Below, one piece after another: positions 45,725-56,377 of a stretch of DNA of 64,000 bases. Every line of letters starts with the position of its first letter. Position 1 is the stretch's first letter. The position numbers and the translations under genes are program-made. Below the pieces are notes generated by a model. That model was given only the letters and a program-made list of their open reading frames with translations, was not told the origin of the DNA and ran no database searches. Source of the stretch: Thecamonas trahens ATCC 50062. Lineage: Eukaryota; Protista; Apusomonadida. The stretch is from contig NW_013657624.1 in NCBI RefSeq assembly GCF_000142905.1, positions 103,782 to 167,781 on the forward strand, given 5' to 3'.

Positions 45725-46666
45725 AGCGGAAGAGGAGGAGGACGAGGCCAAGGTCGACTCAGAGTCTTCATCCGAGTCCATTGAGGTCGAGACAGTGCCG
45801 AGCGAAGCAGCCTCGGCCAGCGGGGTGGTGTCCGCGGGCGCGTCCTTGGAAGGCACGTCGGCGGCAGCAGGAGCAACAGCAGGAGCGGCGGCGGCGGCGG
45901 GGTCGGCGTCGGTGCCATTGTTCGCCTTGGCAGCCTTGGCCTTTTTCGAGAACGGGTTGGACAAGCCAAAGCGCGACTTCTTGGTGTTGGCGTCATCGCC
46001 GGCGCAGGAAGAGTCCGCAGTCTGAGCGTTGTAGCGGCCGTCCTCTGCGGTCTCTGTGCCGTCTGTGGCGGTGAGCGACGACGAGCCTGCCGAGGAGCGG
46101 TCGGCGGCAGAGCCAGAGGCGGAGGACGAGGAGTACGACGACGACGACGGGTCGGCGGAGAAGAGCGAGGCCGGGTCTGAGATGTTGTCGTCGTCGGACG
46201 AGGCCGAGTTGTCGCAGTCGGTGGTGACCTCGTCAAAGTTGCCCGGATGGACGTCAAAGTAGTCCTTGTGGTCGAGGTAGAAGCCAGCGCGGGCGCGGCG
46301 CGCGTTCTCCAGCTCGGTCCGGTGCTTGGCGATGCGCTTGTTGATGGCGGCCCGCGAGAGCGAGTGGGCAATGAGCTCGTCGCGGCGGCGGCCGCGGAGG
46401 GCGACCACCCGGTCAAAGCGGTCGTTGAACGTCAGACTGACCTCGATTGGCTCGTCGACCAGCGGCTGGTAGTGGACATACACATCCCACACCGCCTGCG
46501 ACGGCACCGTGATGTTGTCCCACGCCACAGAGTCGCCCGGCCGCAGGTCGACCACGGCGTCACCGTCGCGCCGAGCCGTCTCGAACCAGCCGAGCTCCGT
46601 CGACGCAGGCGCCGCATTCAGTCGTGCAGACGTGGCCGGGAGCCGGACAGACCGAACATCTGCCAT
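43339..46666 (-). CDS. Multi-pass membrane protein with N-terminal beta-sandwich-like region; frameshifts near 45720 and 43625
   Basis: Three abutting ORFs (45563-46666, 43122-45566, 43339-43629). About 11 TM helices, with the Cys loop ALDCT...ISCYRGDH. Confidence 0.7.
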
Positions 46667-46943
46667 GGTGTTGCAATGCGAGTGAGGTGTGTGCCCTGGT
46701 CGCAGTGGCGGGCCGGTCCCGCTGGGTGGGCGGGGGTGGTGGGCGGCGCTGGGGGGGGGGGGGAAGGATGGAATAAAAAAACGGGGCAGGGAAGGGGTGG
46801 GTGGGGGGTGTTTTCCATTTTTTTTTTGCGACTGGAGGAAACAGCGATGGGGACCCGGAGGGGAGGGGGGGCTGGGGGGCTGGTGGGGGATGACGATGGT
46901 GATTTAGGGATCGGTGGTGACGGCGGCGCACGCGGGGGGGGGG

Positions 46944-48439
46944 CTAGTTGGTTGAAGTGCTGGCGGCGGCGAGGACGGTAGAGGGTGCGCGGGCGGCAAC
47001 ACGCTTGGTACGGTCGGTGGGCGAGTGGACCTTCTTGCGCTTACGGAGCTGGTTGAGCGGGATGCCAACCGAGAGAGGGTCCTGGCCGGCCTGGAAGTCG
47101 CGCGGGATGGAGGCGGCGACAGCGATGGCGGCGAGGGTGGCGGCGATGGGCGAGTCGGCGGCGACGTGGGCCATGGGCGCGTTGGGCTCGGGGCGCTCGA
47201 AGCATGCCATCAGCGGGGTGCCCGGGGCGTCGGTGTAGAGCGAGGTCCAGAGGCGACCGGCGGCGTCAAAGGTGACGCTGAGCGGCTGGACGTCGGCGGC
47301 GAGGACGGTGCCGTCGGGGAGGGTCGCGCCGCCGAGCTCGACAGAGCCGGCGGGAGCGAGGCCTGCGGCCGAGTCCATGGCAAAGAGGTAGACGGTCGGA
47401 TGGCCCGAGACGATGGCGGCGACGAGGGCTGCGTCGGGAGCGACGGCGACGCAAGTGACCATCGAGTCGGACTCGGGATCGGTGTGGGTGCAGTGGCCGA
47501 CAGGCACAAACGGCTCGCCGGAGGCCATGTCGTGGTTGTGGACGGCAAGAGGCGTCGGCTTAGTGCCGGAGATGGCGTGGAGCATGGGGCCGACCTGCTC
47601 GCCCGTCGGAACCCGCCACACGGCCACGTTCCCGTCGCCACCGCCAGAGATCAGCAGCGGCGCGCCCGGGACGGTGGCAAGGCAGGCCACAAACTGGGTG
47701 TGACCGAGGCAGTACTCAGCAATGTTGTACGACTTGGGGTACTCGGAGAGGCGGACCTTCTCATCGCGGTCGGCCGAGGCGAGGAAGAGGCCGGCGCAGC
47801 GTCGGGCGCGGCCACAAAGGCCACATCGGTCACCATCGACACGTGCCCGACAATGCGGTGTCCGCGATCGGCCTCGCCCATGTCTGTCCTCCGCACCAGG
47901 CCCGGCAGCGAAAAGGCAAAGACGTCGCCGACCTTGTCGCACACCACCACCTCGCTGCCGTCGGGCGAGATCGCCACGCCCGAGGCCTTGCGGTCGACGG
48001 CCGACGTGGCCAGCAGCTCCAGCGCCGGCAGCTTCCACGCCGCAATACTCTTATCCGCAGCCACCGAGACCAGCACATCGCCTTCTCCGGTCGCTGCCAT
48101 GGCCACCACACGCTTGCCGTGCGGGTGCGACTCGGCCGTCGTCGTCGTCCCGGTCGTTGTCTCGCTGTGGGATGGGGGGCAGGAGGGCACGAGGGGGTGT
48201 GGGGAGGGTGTGGGGGAGAGGGGGGGGGGGGGATGGGGGGGGTGGGTGTGAGTGAGAGGGGGGAGGGTGGTAGCAGAGGAGGGGCACATGGTCAGGGAGG
48301 AGGGCACAGGGGGGACAGCGAGGGCGTACCCAAAGGTGGCCACAAGGTGCTTGCCAACAGCGGTGACTACGACCGAGGCCTTGGTGACGCAGAACAGAGA
48401 GACAGGCTCGAAGCAGCCGTCGCCCTCTTCGCAGCTCAT
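46944..48439 (-). CDS. TRM82: tRNA m7G46 methyltransferase non-catalytic WD40 subunit (TRM82/WDR4); one intron, frameshift near 47795
   Basis: VCDKVGDVF, GHVSMVTDV, SADRDEKVRLSEYPKSYNIAEYCLGHTQFV; intron about 48166-48329. Confidence 0.88.
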
Positions 48440-48613
48440 GTTGACGTAGGCAGAGGGAGGGGTTGGGGTGTGTGGGGGTTGGGGGTGGGTGGGGGTGTGG
48501 GTGGGTGGAGGGGCGTAGTGGTGTGTGGGTGGGTGGAGGGGAGGGGAGGGGGGGGGTGGCGAGGGGAGGATGGGCAGGAGTAAGTGGGCGAGAGGGAAGG
48601 GGGGGGAGGGATA

Positions 48614-48646
48614 GCTCATCGCTGGCTCATCGCTGGCTCATCGGTG
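48614..48646. repeat. 11-bp tandem repeat x3 in the divergent TRM82/Bin3 intergenic region
   Basis: gctcatcgctg gctcatcgctg gctcatcggtg. Confidence 0.8.
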
Positions 48647-48848
48647 GACATGGGGGGGCATCGAGTGGTGGGTGTGCTGGGAGGGGAGGGGGGGGGGAGG
48701 GGATGGCCAGCCATTGGTCTTGCTCTGTTCCTGGTGGTGTCCCTGGATTACCCACCACCAGCGGGGCGGGAGGGGTTGGAGGGGAGGGCCAGTGCCAGTG
48801 CCAGGGCTATGGCCAGGGCCATGGTCAGGGCCATGAGTTGGAGGCCAC

Positions 48849-48885
<37 letters not shown>

Positions 48886-48953
48886 GTCCTACCTCTTGCA
48901 CGCGTGCGATCCTTCCCCGGCTGATACGGAATCGCACCGAGCTGGCTGGGCAT

Positions 48954-49921
48954 ATGGCTGCCGCAGGCGACGAGGTGCGAGCTGCTGGCTGTGCCGGAGA
49001 CGACGAGTCGGGCAAGGTGGAGGCTGCGGGCGAGAGCGTGGCGGCGGCGCAGGCGGGCAGCAGACAGACCAGGAGCGAGTCGGACGAGGCAGGGCCGAGC
49101 AGGAAGCGGCGCAAGGGACTCGGCGGCGGCGATGCCGGACGAAGCGGCAGGGGTCGGGCAAAGGCAGAGGGAAGAGCAAGAAGCAGGCGACAAACGCGTA
49201 CGGCAACTACCGCGGGTACTACAAGACAAGCTATCGCGATGGCGCAGCCGATGCGCGGCCGGAGCTGATCCCGGTCTCGGCGGTTGCCGGCAAGTCGCTG
49301 CTGGACATCGGGTGCAACTCGGGCTTGCTCACGCTCAAGCTCCTCGCCTCGCACGGCCCGGCAAGCGTGCTCGGCATCGACGTTGACCAGCGGCTTATTG
49401 CGCATGCTAGGCAGCGGCTGCGTGAGATGGAGCCGGAGCTGGCGGCAAACGCTCGCTTTGCCTGCTGTGATATCATGGCGGTCGCCGCCGGCAAGCCGGT
49501 GCCGTCGGCACTGCTGCCTCAGGCCTACGTCATGCCCGAGCGCAAGCTGCGTTCGCAAGACGTCAAGTCATCGTCGGCCGTCCAGCGTGGCAAGACCAAG
49601 TTTGGCGTTGTCCTTGCGCTCTCGGTCAGCAAGTGGATCCACGTCCATCACGGCGACGCCGGCCTGATCTCCTTCTTTGAGCTCGTCTACGACCTGCTCG
49701 ACGGGCCGGGCTCGGTCTTTGTTCTCGAGCCGCAGCCGTGGTCATCGTACCGCAAGCGCTGCCGCTTCCTCCCGGGGCTCTCGGACGTCATCCACACGCT
49801 GCAACTCCGTCCAGATGGCTTCGAACGCCTTCTCCTCGACACCATCGGCTTTACGGCCTGCTCGCGGCTGACGAACGAGGGCAACTTTGGCAAGCGCGAG
49901 ATGCTCATGTTTATCAAGTAG
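48954..49921 (+). CDS. MEPCE: Bin3/MePCE-family RNA methylphosphate capping methyltransferase; frameshift near 49152
   Basis: YGNYRGYY, LDIGCNSG, GIDVD, LSVSKWIHVHHGDAGL, LEPQPWSSY. Confidence 0.88.
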
Positions 49922-49936
49922 AAGGAAGCTGCGAGG

Positions 49937-50773
49937 TCACGCCGTCCCGTGCCACTTGGCCAGCTGCGGCCACCATGCCGCATCGAGCGGCGCGTCCCAG
50001 ATGCCAATGCGGGTCACGCCCTTGGCGGCAATGGCCGCAAACCGGCGCTCAAGATCGGCGGGAGTGAGCGGCTGGCCGGTGGTCGGGTTGGTGGTCATGA
50101 GACCGACGCCGAGCTTGCGGACGCCAACCTGGGTCACTGCAGTCTCGAGAGCAGTCTCAAACGCGGACCACTCGCCGGCGTAGGTGGCCATAGTAAAGAC
50201 GGTGTCGACCCGCGACTCGCCAAGCGCCGTGTAGTTCCACACATACGACCACTGCGCGGCGTCAACCGAGAGCCGCATGCCCTCGGCGTGAAGCGCGTCG
50301 GCAAAGCGCGAGAGAAAGGCGGCAAAGGCGAGGCCATCGTCATGGGTCGTCGGCGCTGTCGGCTCAAAGTCGATGTTGTAGCCGGTGAAGCCGCCAGCCT
50401 TGCCGGCAGCCACAGCCTGCGCAATAAAGCCGTCTGGCGAGGCAAAGACCTTGCGCATCCACTCGATCTCCACCGTCGTGATCATGGGAAAGGTCTCCAG
50501 CCCGGCGCTCGCCAGAGCAGGCGCCACCACTGAGAACGAGTTGTTGATCAGGTTCGCCGAGCTACCCAGATCAAAGGCCTCGAATGAGACCGCGCCCAGC
50601 TCTGTCGCATGCGCCACCATCTCGGCAAGGTTTGCCGCCACCGGCTCCGAGCACCGCTCCAAGCACATCCACGGCATGGCCCACCGCTGCCGGCCACCGC
50701 CCATGTCGCCTTCCGCTGCCACCACCACCGCCGCAAGCGCCAGCACCACCACTAACACCCTCGGCATCACCAT
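49937..50773 (-). CDS. Secreted glycoside hydrolase family 18-like protein
   Basis: Signal peptide MVMPRVLVVVLALAAVVVAA; GFTGYNIDFEP catalytic motif; MATY; IGIW. Confidence 0.8.
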   Translation of the reverse strand: MVMPRVLVVVLALAAVVVAAEGDMGGGRQRWAMPWMCLERCSEPVAANLAEMVAHATELGAVSFEAFDLGSSANLINNSFSVVAPALASAGLETFPMITTVEIEWMRKVFASPDGFIAQAVAAGKAGGFTGYNIDFEPTAPTTHDDGLAFAAFLSRFADALHAEGMRLSVDAAQWSYVWNYTALGESRVDTVFTMATYAGEWSAFETALETAVTQVGVRKLGVGLMTTNPTTGQPLTPADLERRFAAIAAKGVTRIGIWDAPLDAAWWPQLAKWHGTA

Positions 50774-50957
50774 GTCGTCCAACAGCTACAGTGTGAGGAG
50801 GAGTGGAGTGAGGCTAGTGACTGTGGCCGAGCCAACAGCTCCATGCCATGCACACGCCGTCACGTACACATACCTGGCGAACTCGCAGGCCGACACACAG
50901 GCGCAGCGCAGACCGACCGACCCCCCTTGCACATCCTTGCTCACCACACCCCTTCCA

Positions 50958-51047
50958 CCCACGTCGCCCCTCGCCCCGTCCACGTTGCCCCATCCACGTC
51001 GCCCCGTCCACGTCGCCCCGCCCACGTCGCCCCGTCCACGTCGCCCC
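50958..51047. repeat. 14-bp tandem repeat (ccacgtcgccccgt) in the GH18/vinculin divergent intergenic region
   Basis: About 6 imperfect copies. Confidence 0.8.
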
Positions 51048-51275
51048 ATTTCTCCGCACCCCTCTTCCCCTTCCCCTTCCCCTTCCCCTTCCCCTCCCCC
51101 CCCCCCCCCTCGCGTGACAACCAAAAAAAAAAGGTCGTGGAAAAAGCAGCGTCCTCCACACTCTGATTCGCCAGAAACAAGTACAGGTGAAACGCCAGCC
51201 GTTGCCGGCCTCCCCTCCTCCACGCCCTCGCCCTCGCCACACACGTCTCACACACGCTTGCAGCACTCACGCAAG

Positions 51276-54200
51276 ATGGTGCAAGTGGATGCTATTCTGG
51301 AGCCTGTGGCCGATGCGGTCTCGCAGCTCATTGTGTTCTCGGCCGACTGTGAGGAGCAGGGCATTCCCATGCCTGACCTGACCGAGCTTTCGGGCATGGT
51401 TCTCGGAGCAACGACGCCGCTGGTGCAGGTGGCCATGGAGATGGCGCAGTCTTCACGGGATGCCAAGCTGAAGGATGCGCTTCCGCAGGCGGCATCTTCG
51501 GTCCAGGGCGCGGCGCAGCGGCTCGACGGCTTCTGCCAGCAGCTTCTGGCCACGCCCAACGACTCGGGCGCCCGCGACGGCATGGTCGCCTCGTGCAAGG
51601 TCATCCTCGATGGCATGCGTGAGCTGCTGGAGGCGACCAACGACTCGGAGGTCCGCCGCATCCTCAAGGCCTGCCAGGAGTCGGCCAAGTTCACCAAGAT
51701 GGTGACCCAGACGGCGGTCGAGTCGGACTTTCTCTCTGTCGCCCAGCATTTTTCCACCGCCTCCACCACCCTTGTCCGCCTCACCAACGCCCGCCTGGAG
51801 GAGCTCTCCCATCCCGAGCTCGTCACCCGGCTCTCTGCCGCCGTCGAGCTTGTTCGCACCAACGCCCCGCTCGTCATCTCCTCCCACAAGTCGGTCCTGC
51901 AGACCTCGGGCGCCGCGGCCATCAAGACCCGCGAGTTTGTCGTCTCGGACATGGCCGCCGCCATCCAGGAGATCGCCACTGTTGTTCAGATCCGCATGTC
52001 CTCGATCTCTACGGTCTCAGCCCAAGACGCCCGCATGCTCAACCTCGCCTCCATCCAGTCGAACCTGCGGACCTGCCTCGCTGCCGCCCTCGCCGGTGAC
52101 GCCGCCGCCCTCGCCGCCGCGCAGGCCCAGCTCGACGCCGACTTTTCCGAGCTCATCGCCCGCGCCCGCGCCGCCGCTGCCGCCTGTACCGACCAGGCCC
52201 TCAAGACCGAGCTTCTCACGCTCGCCAAGGAGGTCGAGGCCGCGCTGACGCGGACCAAGGCTGCGCAAAACGCACTCTGCGCCGACCCGGACTCGTCGGC
52301 CAAGCTTGCCGCCGCTCGCTCGGCCCAAGCTGAGCTCGAGCGCCTCGCCGCTGCCCTCACTGGTGTGGTCAAGGACGCGCTGCTGCTGCAGGCCAAGTCG
52401 GCCCTCGGCGCCATGCCGACCGAGCTGACCTCGGTGTTCAAGGCTGCGCAGGCGGCCGACGCTGCAGGCTTCCGTTCGGCCTCGATGTCCATGGGTGGCC
52501 AGTCGAAGCTCATGCTCACCGGCGCCCGCCAGTGGTCCGACTACGTCGAAGCGCAGTCGATCGTCACTGGCATCACCGCCGTCACCCGCATCCTTGAGCG
52601 CAACCTTCCACAGGTTGTCACTGCGGCGTCGACCATTCTGCAGGAGCCAAGCAACGGGCCAGCCAAGGAGCACCTCGCGGCACTCACCAAGGGCTACCAG
52701 AGCCAGCTCGTCGAGCTCGAAAAGTACCTTGTCGACGACGAGGCTCTCGACGCCCGTATCCTCGCGCTCCTCGACCGCATTGCCGGCCAGTTTACGGTCC
52801 TCTCCTCGAACGTCGCCGCCGGCTCGGCCACCCTCCAGGTGCTGGCCACCACTTCGCTCGTCACCAAGCACGAGACGCTCTTTGACCTCGCGGCGACGTA
52901 CGCCAGCGGCGAGCTCGAGGCCGGCTCGCGCGAAGCAGGCGCCGTAAGCGACGCCATCGCAAGTATTCGCCCGCTCCTCGCCCCGCTCCAGTCGCAGGCG
53001 GGCACTGCTGCGGCAGCACCCAGCGACCAGGCCGCAGCCCGCGCGCTCGGCGCCACCATCTCGGAGATCAAGTTCCAGAACTACACCATCGAGTGCGTCG
53101 TCCGCGGCCGGGACCTGCCCAACCAGGCGTCGGCAATGGCGTCGGCGCGCGAGGCGGCGATTGCCGCGATGGGCGGCATGCTTGCCGCGGCCGCGCTTGG
53201 CGATGTGCCGGCCACCATGGCGCTGCTCCGCCAGGGCGACGAGGCGTACCGCCGCCAGATCGCACTCGCTCGCGAAGCTGCCTCAGGCATGGACTCGCTC
53301 CTTCAGCGCAAGGCCGTTCTCGAGGCTTGCGACGCGCTCGAGGCCGATCTCGAGGTGCTGGCGCCGGCCGCGGCTGCCGCGGCTGCCGCACCCGGCGACG
53401 CCGCCGCCCAGACTGAGCTCGCCCGCGCCGTCGAGGCCTGCGAGGCCGACTCGGCCGCCATCGAGCACCACCTCAACAACAAGCCGACCGAGAAGGAGGA
53501 GGTTGCCGAGCTGCTGGACGTCGCGCCGCGGACGCTCGACGCCATGGAGGCCGCAGTCCGCCGCGGCGACGCCGCCGAAGCCCAGGTCGCCGCCAGCGAC
53601 GCCGCCGCCCAGTACCAGCGCATTGGCGAGCTTGCACAGTCGATCGACGTCGACGACCCGAGCAAGGCGGCGCGAGCGCAGGTGGCAGCCCAGAACATCG
53701 CGACCGCGTCGCAAGGGCTCGAGGCGGCGGCGGTGGCCGCGGCGAGCGAGCCGGCCAACACGGCGACCCAGGACACGCTCGGGGCGCTGACCCAGGCGCT
53801 GCGGTACAACGCAGGCGTTGTCGACGCGGCGCTCAAGCGCGAGCTGCAGCCAGAGCAGGAGATGGCCGAGCTGCGGACCGCGGTCGAGGCCACCTACCAG
53901 GCAATGCAGGCGTCGGCCGAGGCTGGCCAGCCTGCGACTACCGCCGAGTATGCCAAACAGATCCAGGATCTCAACACCCGCTACGCCGAGCTTGGGCGCC
54001 AGGTTGCCGAGTCCAAGCTCGGGAGCAACCCGGCGGCGCACGAGGCGGCGTGTGCGGCGTGCACCGACCTCACTGCCGAGACGTCCAACGCCGGCCCGGC
54101 GTCGGCGGCGGCGGCGGCCGACCCCAGCGACGCAGCCAAGCGCGACGAGCTGGCGACAGTTGTTGTGGCCATGCGCGATGCGCAGGACCGCATCGAGCGT

Positions 54201-56336
54201 GCGCTGGCCATGCCGGCGCCACAGTCTGCCGAAGCCGCGTTCTCGGCCCACCAGGTGCGCGGCGCCAACGCGCTCGACCTCATGGTCGAGGCCGCCAAGG
54301 AGCACCAGCCCAAGGTTGCGGCTCAGTACGCCAAGCAGGCCAAGCGCGAGTACGGCGGGGTGCTGGAGAACGCGCGGACGCGGGCAGCTGGGGCCGACGC
54401 AGTCTCCAAGTCTGTGGCCGAGGCCAACATTGGCGAGGTTGAAGCGGCGCTGGCGAGCCTCGACGAGGCGCATGCGGCGTATCAGGCGGCGCCGGACGAC
54501 GCGGGTGCGGTGGCGGCGCTCGAAGCCGCAGCTGACCAGGTCAAGGCGAGCACCGCGACGCTCGAGGCGACGCTCAACGGCGAGATGAACCCGCAGCAGG
54601 AGTACGCCAACACGGTGATTCACGCCGAGGCCACCATGGAGCAGCTGGCGCGGGCGGTCAAGGCCGGCGACGTGGCCAAGGCTGACGCGCTGGCGGCAGT
54701 TGCCGAGGAGCAGAACCGCCGGCTGGCAACGCTGGCCCAGGCGCTGGCGCAGGAGCAGGACCCGCAGCAGGCGGCGATTGTGAACGCGGCATGCGGGCGG
54801 CTCAACGAGCAGCTCGACTCGATGGCGACGGTGGTGACTGCTGCGGCATCGGATCCCAACAACATCCACGCCATGGACGCGTTCGAGGCCATGGTGGCGT
54901 CGATTGCGGCGGAGAAGGAGAAGATATCCAGCGTGCTCGGCGACGACGGAACCGGCGCAGTGGCGGCGGCAGCAGCTGGCGGTGCGGTCATGACCGCGGC
55001 GTACCTGGCAACGTCAGGCGACAACTCGCCCGAGGCCGTGGCGGCGCGGGCAGCCCTCATCGAGACGCTCATGGGCGAGACCGACGCGCTGCTCGACGAC
55101 ATCAAGGCGGCGGCGACAGCCGGCAAGGTCCAGCTGACCAAGGTGCTCACGGCGCAGGGCGAGGAGAAGTATGACAGCCTCGCGGCGCTGGTCGAGGCCC
55201 AGGCTGGCGCGCTGGACGATCCGCTGGCGGCGTCAATTGTGGCGGCCAAGGCCGCGCACATCCGCCCGCAGATGGCGGCGGTGACGGCGGCAGCCAACGC
55301 AACCGCAGCCGATCCAGAGTCGGCCGACAAGGCCGAGACGTTGGACACGTCCATTCGCGAGCTGCAGGGCACGGTGGCGTCGATCGACGACGGGCTCAAG
55401 GGAAAGCTCGACGCGCAGGAGATTGTGGCCACGCTTGTCAGCTCAGGCGCGACCAACCTCGATGCGCTCGAGACAGCGGCGGGTGCCGGCGACTCACAGC
55501 AGGCGCTTGCGCGGCGCAAGCAGGCCGAAAAGGACTACGGGCAGCTGCTCGAGGCTGCCGCTAGCCTGGAGTCGAGCCTCGCATCGCAGGACGCCAAGGA
55601 CGACTACAACGACGCGCTGGAGACGATCAAGGAGCAGCTGGGCGAGCTCAAGCTGGTGGCGTCGCGAGCAGCGGCAGCGCCCGGTGACGAGGACGCGCAG
55701 GACGAGCTGGCGGACGCGACTCACCTCATCAAGCACAACGCCAACAACGTGGCGCGGATTCTGCGCGGACAGGAGCCGCTGCCGGACCCGCTTGCGCCCG
55801 AGGAGGAGGAGGAGGAGCTCTCGCAGGACCCGCTGATGGCGGCGGCACAGCAGGTTTCGCGGTCGGCCAACAAGTGGGATGCGTCCGAGAACGAGATGGT
55901 GGCACTCGCGCAGCAGATCGGCGACCTCATGGCCGCCATGGCCGAGGCGCAGAAGGCTGGCGACAAGAAGGGCCTCATCGAGGCTGCGCGCGCCATCAAC
56001 AAGCTCTGCGCCAAGATCCACACCATGGCCGCCGAGGTCCACAAGACGTGCGGCGACCCGCGGCTCAAGCGCGACCTCGAAGTTGTCATGGAGATGCTGC
56101 CCACCATCGGCGTGCAGCTCAAGATCATGTCGACTGTCCAGGCCTCGGCCCTCGCCGGCGACCGCCCGGACCCCGAGGCGCTGCACTCGCTCATTGTCTG
56201 CGCGCAGAACCTCTCCAACGCCGTCTCTCAGTGCATCTCGGCCTCGCAGTCGGCGTCGATCAAGTCGATGAAGACCGCCGTCACCGTGGTGGCCGCCGCC
56301 CTTAAGTGGAAGAAGCTCCGCAAGAAGAAGCGCTAG
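51276..56336 (+). CDS. VCL: Vinculin/alpha-catenin family protein, expanded (1686 aa)
   Basis: N-terminal ILEPVADAVSQL...MPDLT head and EVRRILKAC. C-terminal tail PLMAAAQQ..KWDASENEMV...CGDPRLKRDL..LPTIGVQLKIMSTV. Confidence 0.9.
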   Translation: MVQVDAILEPVADAVSQLIVFSADCEEQGIPMPDLTELSGMVLGATTPLVQVAMEMAQSSRDAKLKDALPQAASSVQGAAQRLDGFCQQLLATPNDSGARDGMVASCKVILDGMRELLEATNDSEVRRILKACQESAKFTKMVTQTAVESDFLSVAQHFSTASTTLVRLTNARLEELSHPELVTRLSAAVELVRTNAPLVISSHKSVLQTSGAAAIKTREFVVSDMAAAIQEIATVVQIRMSSISTVSAQDARMLNLASIQSNLRTCLAAALAGDAAALAAAQAQLDADFSELIARARAAAAACTDQALKTELLTLAKEVEAALTRTKAAQNALCADPDSSAKLAAARSAQAELERLAAALTGVVKDALLLQAKSALGAMPTELTSVFKAAQAADAAGFRSASMSMGGQSKLMLTGARQWSDYVEAQSIVTGITAVTRILERNLPQVVTAASTILQEPSNGPAKEHLAALTKGYQSQLVELEKYLVDDEALDARILALLDRIAGQFTVLSSNVAAGSATLQVLATTSLVTKHETLFDLAATYASGELEAGSREAGAVSDAIASIRPLLAPLQSQAGTAAAAPSDQAAARALGATISEIKFQNYTIECVVRGRDLPNQASAMASAREAAIAAMGGMLAAAALGDVPATMALLRQGDEAYRRQIALAREAASGMDSLLQRKAVLEACDALEADLEVLAPAAAAAAAAPGDAAAQTELARAVEACEADSAAIEHHLNNKPTEKEEVAELLDVAPRTLDAMEAAVRRGDAAEAQVAASDAAAQYQRIGELAQSIDVDDPSKAARAQVAAQNIATASQGLEAAAVAAASEPANTATQDTLGALTQALRYNAGVVDAALKRELQPEQEMAELRTAVEATYQAMQASAEAGQPATTAEYAKQIQDLNTRYAELGRQVAESKLGSNPAAHEAACAACTDLTAETSNAGPASAAAAADPSDAAKRDELATVVVAMRDAQDRIERALAMPAPQSAEAAFSAHQVRGANALDLMVEAAKEHQPKVAAQYAKQAKREYGGVLENARTRAAGADAVSKSVAEANIGEVEAALASLDEAHAAYQAAPDDAGAVAALEAAADQVKASTATLEATLNGEMNPQQEYANTVIHAEATMEQLARAVKAGDVAKADALAAVAEEQNRRLATLAQALAQEQDPQQAAIVNAACGRLNEQLDSMATVVTAAASDPNNIHAMDAFEAMVASIAAEKEKISSVLGDDGTGAVAAAAAGGAVMTAAYLATSGDNSPEAVAARAALIETLMGETDALLDDIKAAATAGKVQLTKVLTAQGEEKYDSLAALVEAQAGALDDPLAASIVAAKAAHIRPQMAAVTAAANATAADPESADKAETLDTSIRELQGTVASIDDGLKGKLDAQEIVATLVSSGATNLDALETAAGAGDSQQALARRKQAEKDYGQLLEAAASLESSLASQDAKDDYNDALETIKEQLGELKLVASRAAAAPGDEDAQDELADATHLIKHNANNVARILRGQEPLPDPLAPEEEEEELSQDPLMAAAQQVSRSANKWDASENEMVALAQQIGDLMAAMAEAQKAGDKKGLIEAARAINKLCAKIHTMAAEVHKTCGDPRLKRDLEVVMEMLPTIGVQLKIMSTVQASALAGDRPDPEALHSLIVCAQNLSNAVSQCISASQSASIKSMKTAVTVVAAALKWKKLRKKKR

Positions 56337-56377
56337 GCAGAGTAAAGGTGGTGTTTATGGTCGAGCTCTCCATGGCG

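Noticed and set aside
2850-49160. Programmed frameshifting, insertional RNA editing or pseudogenisation as the cause of frameshifts in ankyrin, BEACH, MFS, the TM protein, TRM82 and Bin3
   Set aside because: Most are fixed by adding one base to a G or C run in otherwise intact conserved genes, and there is no shared slippery motif. Homopolymer under-calling is the simpler explanation. Comparing DNA and RNA reads would settle it.
50385-51275. N-terminal 297-aa extension of the vinculin ORF
   Set aside because: It is antisense to GH18 and runs through low-complexity intergenic DNA. Vinculin homology starts at ATG 51276.
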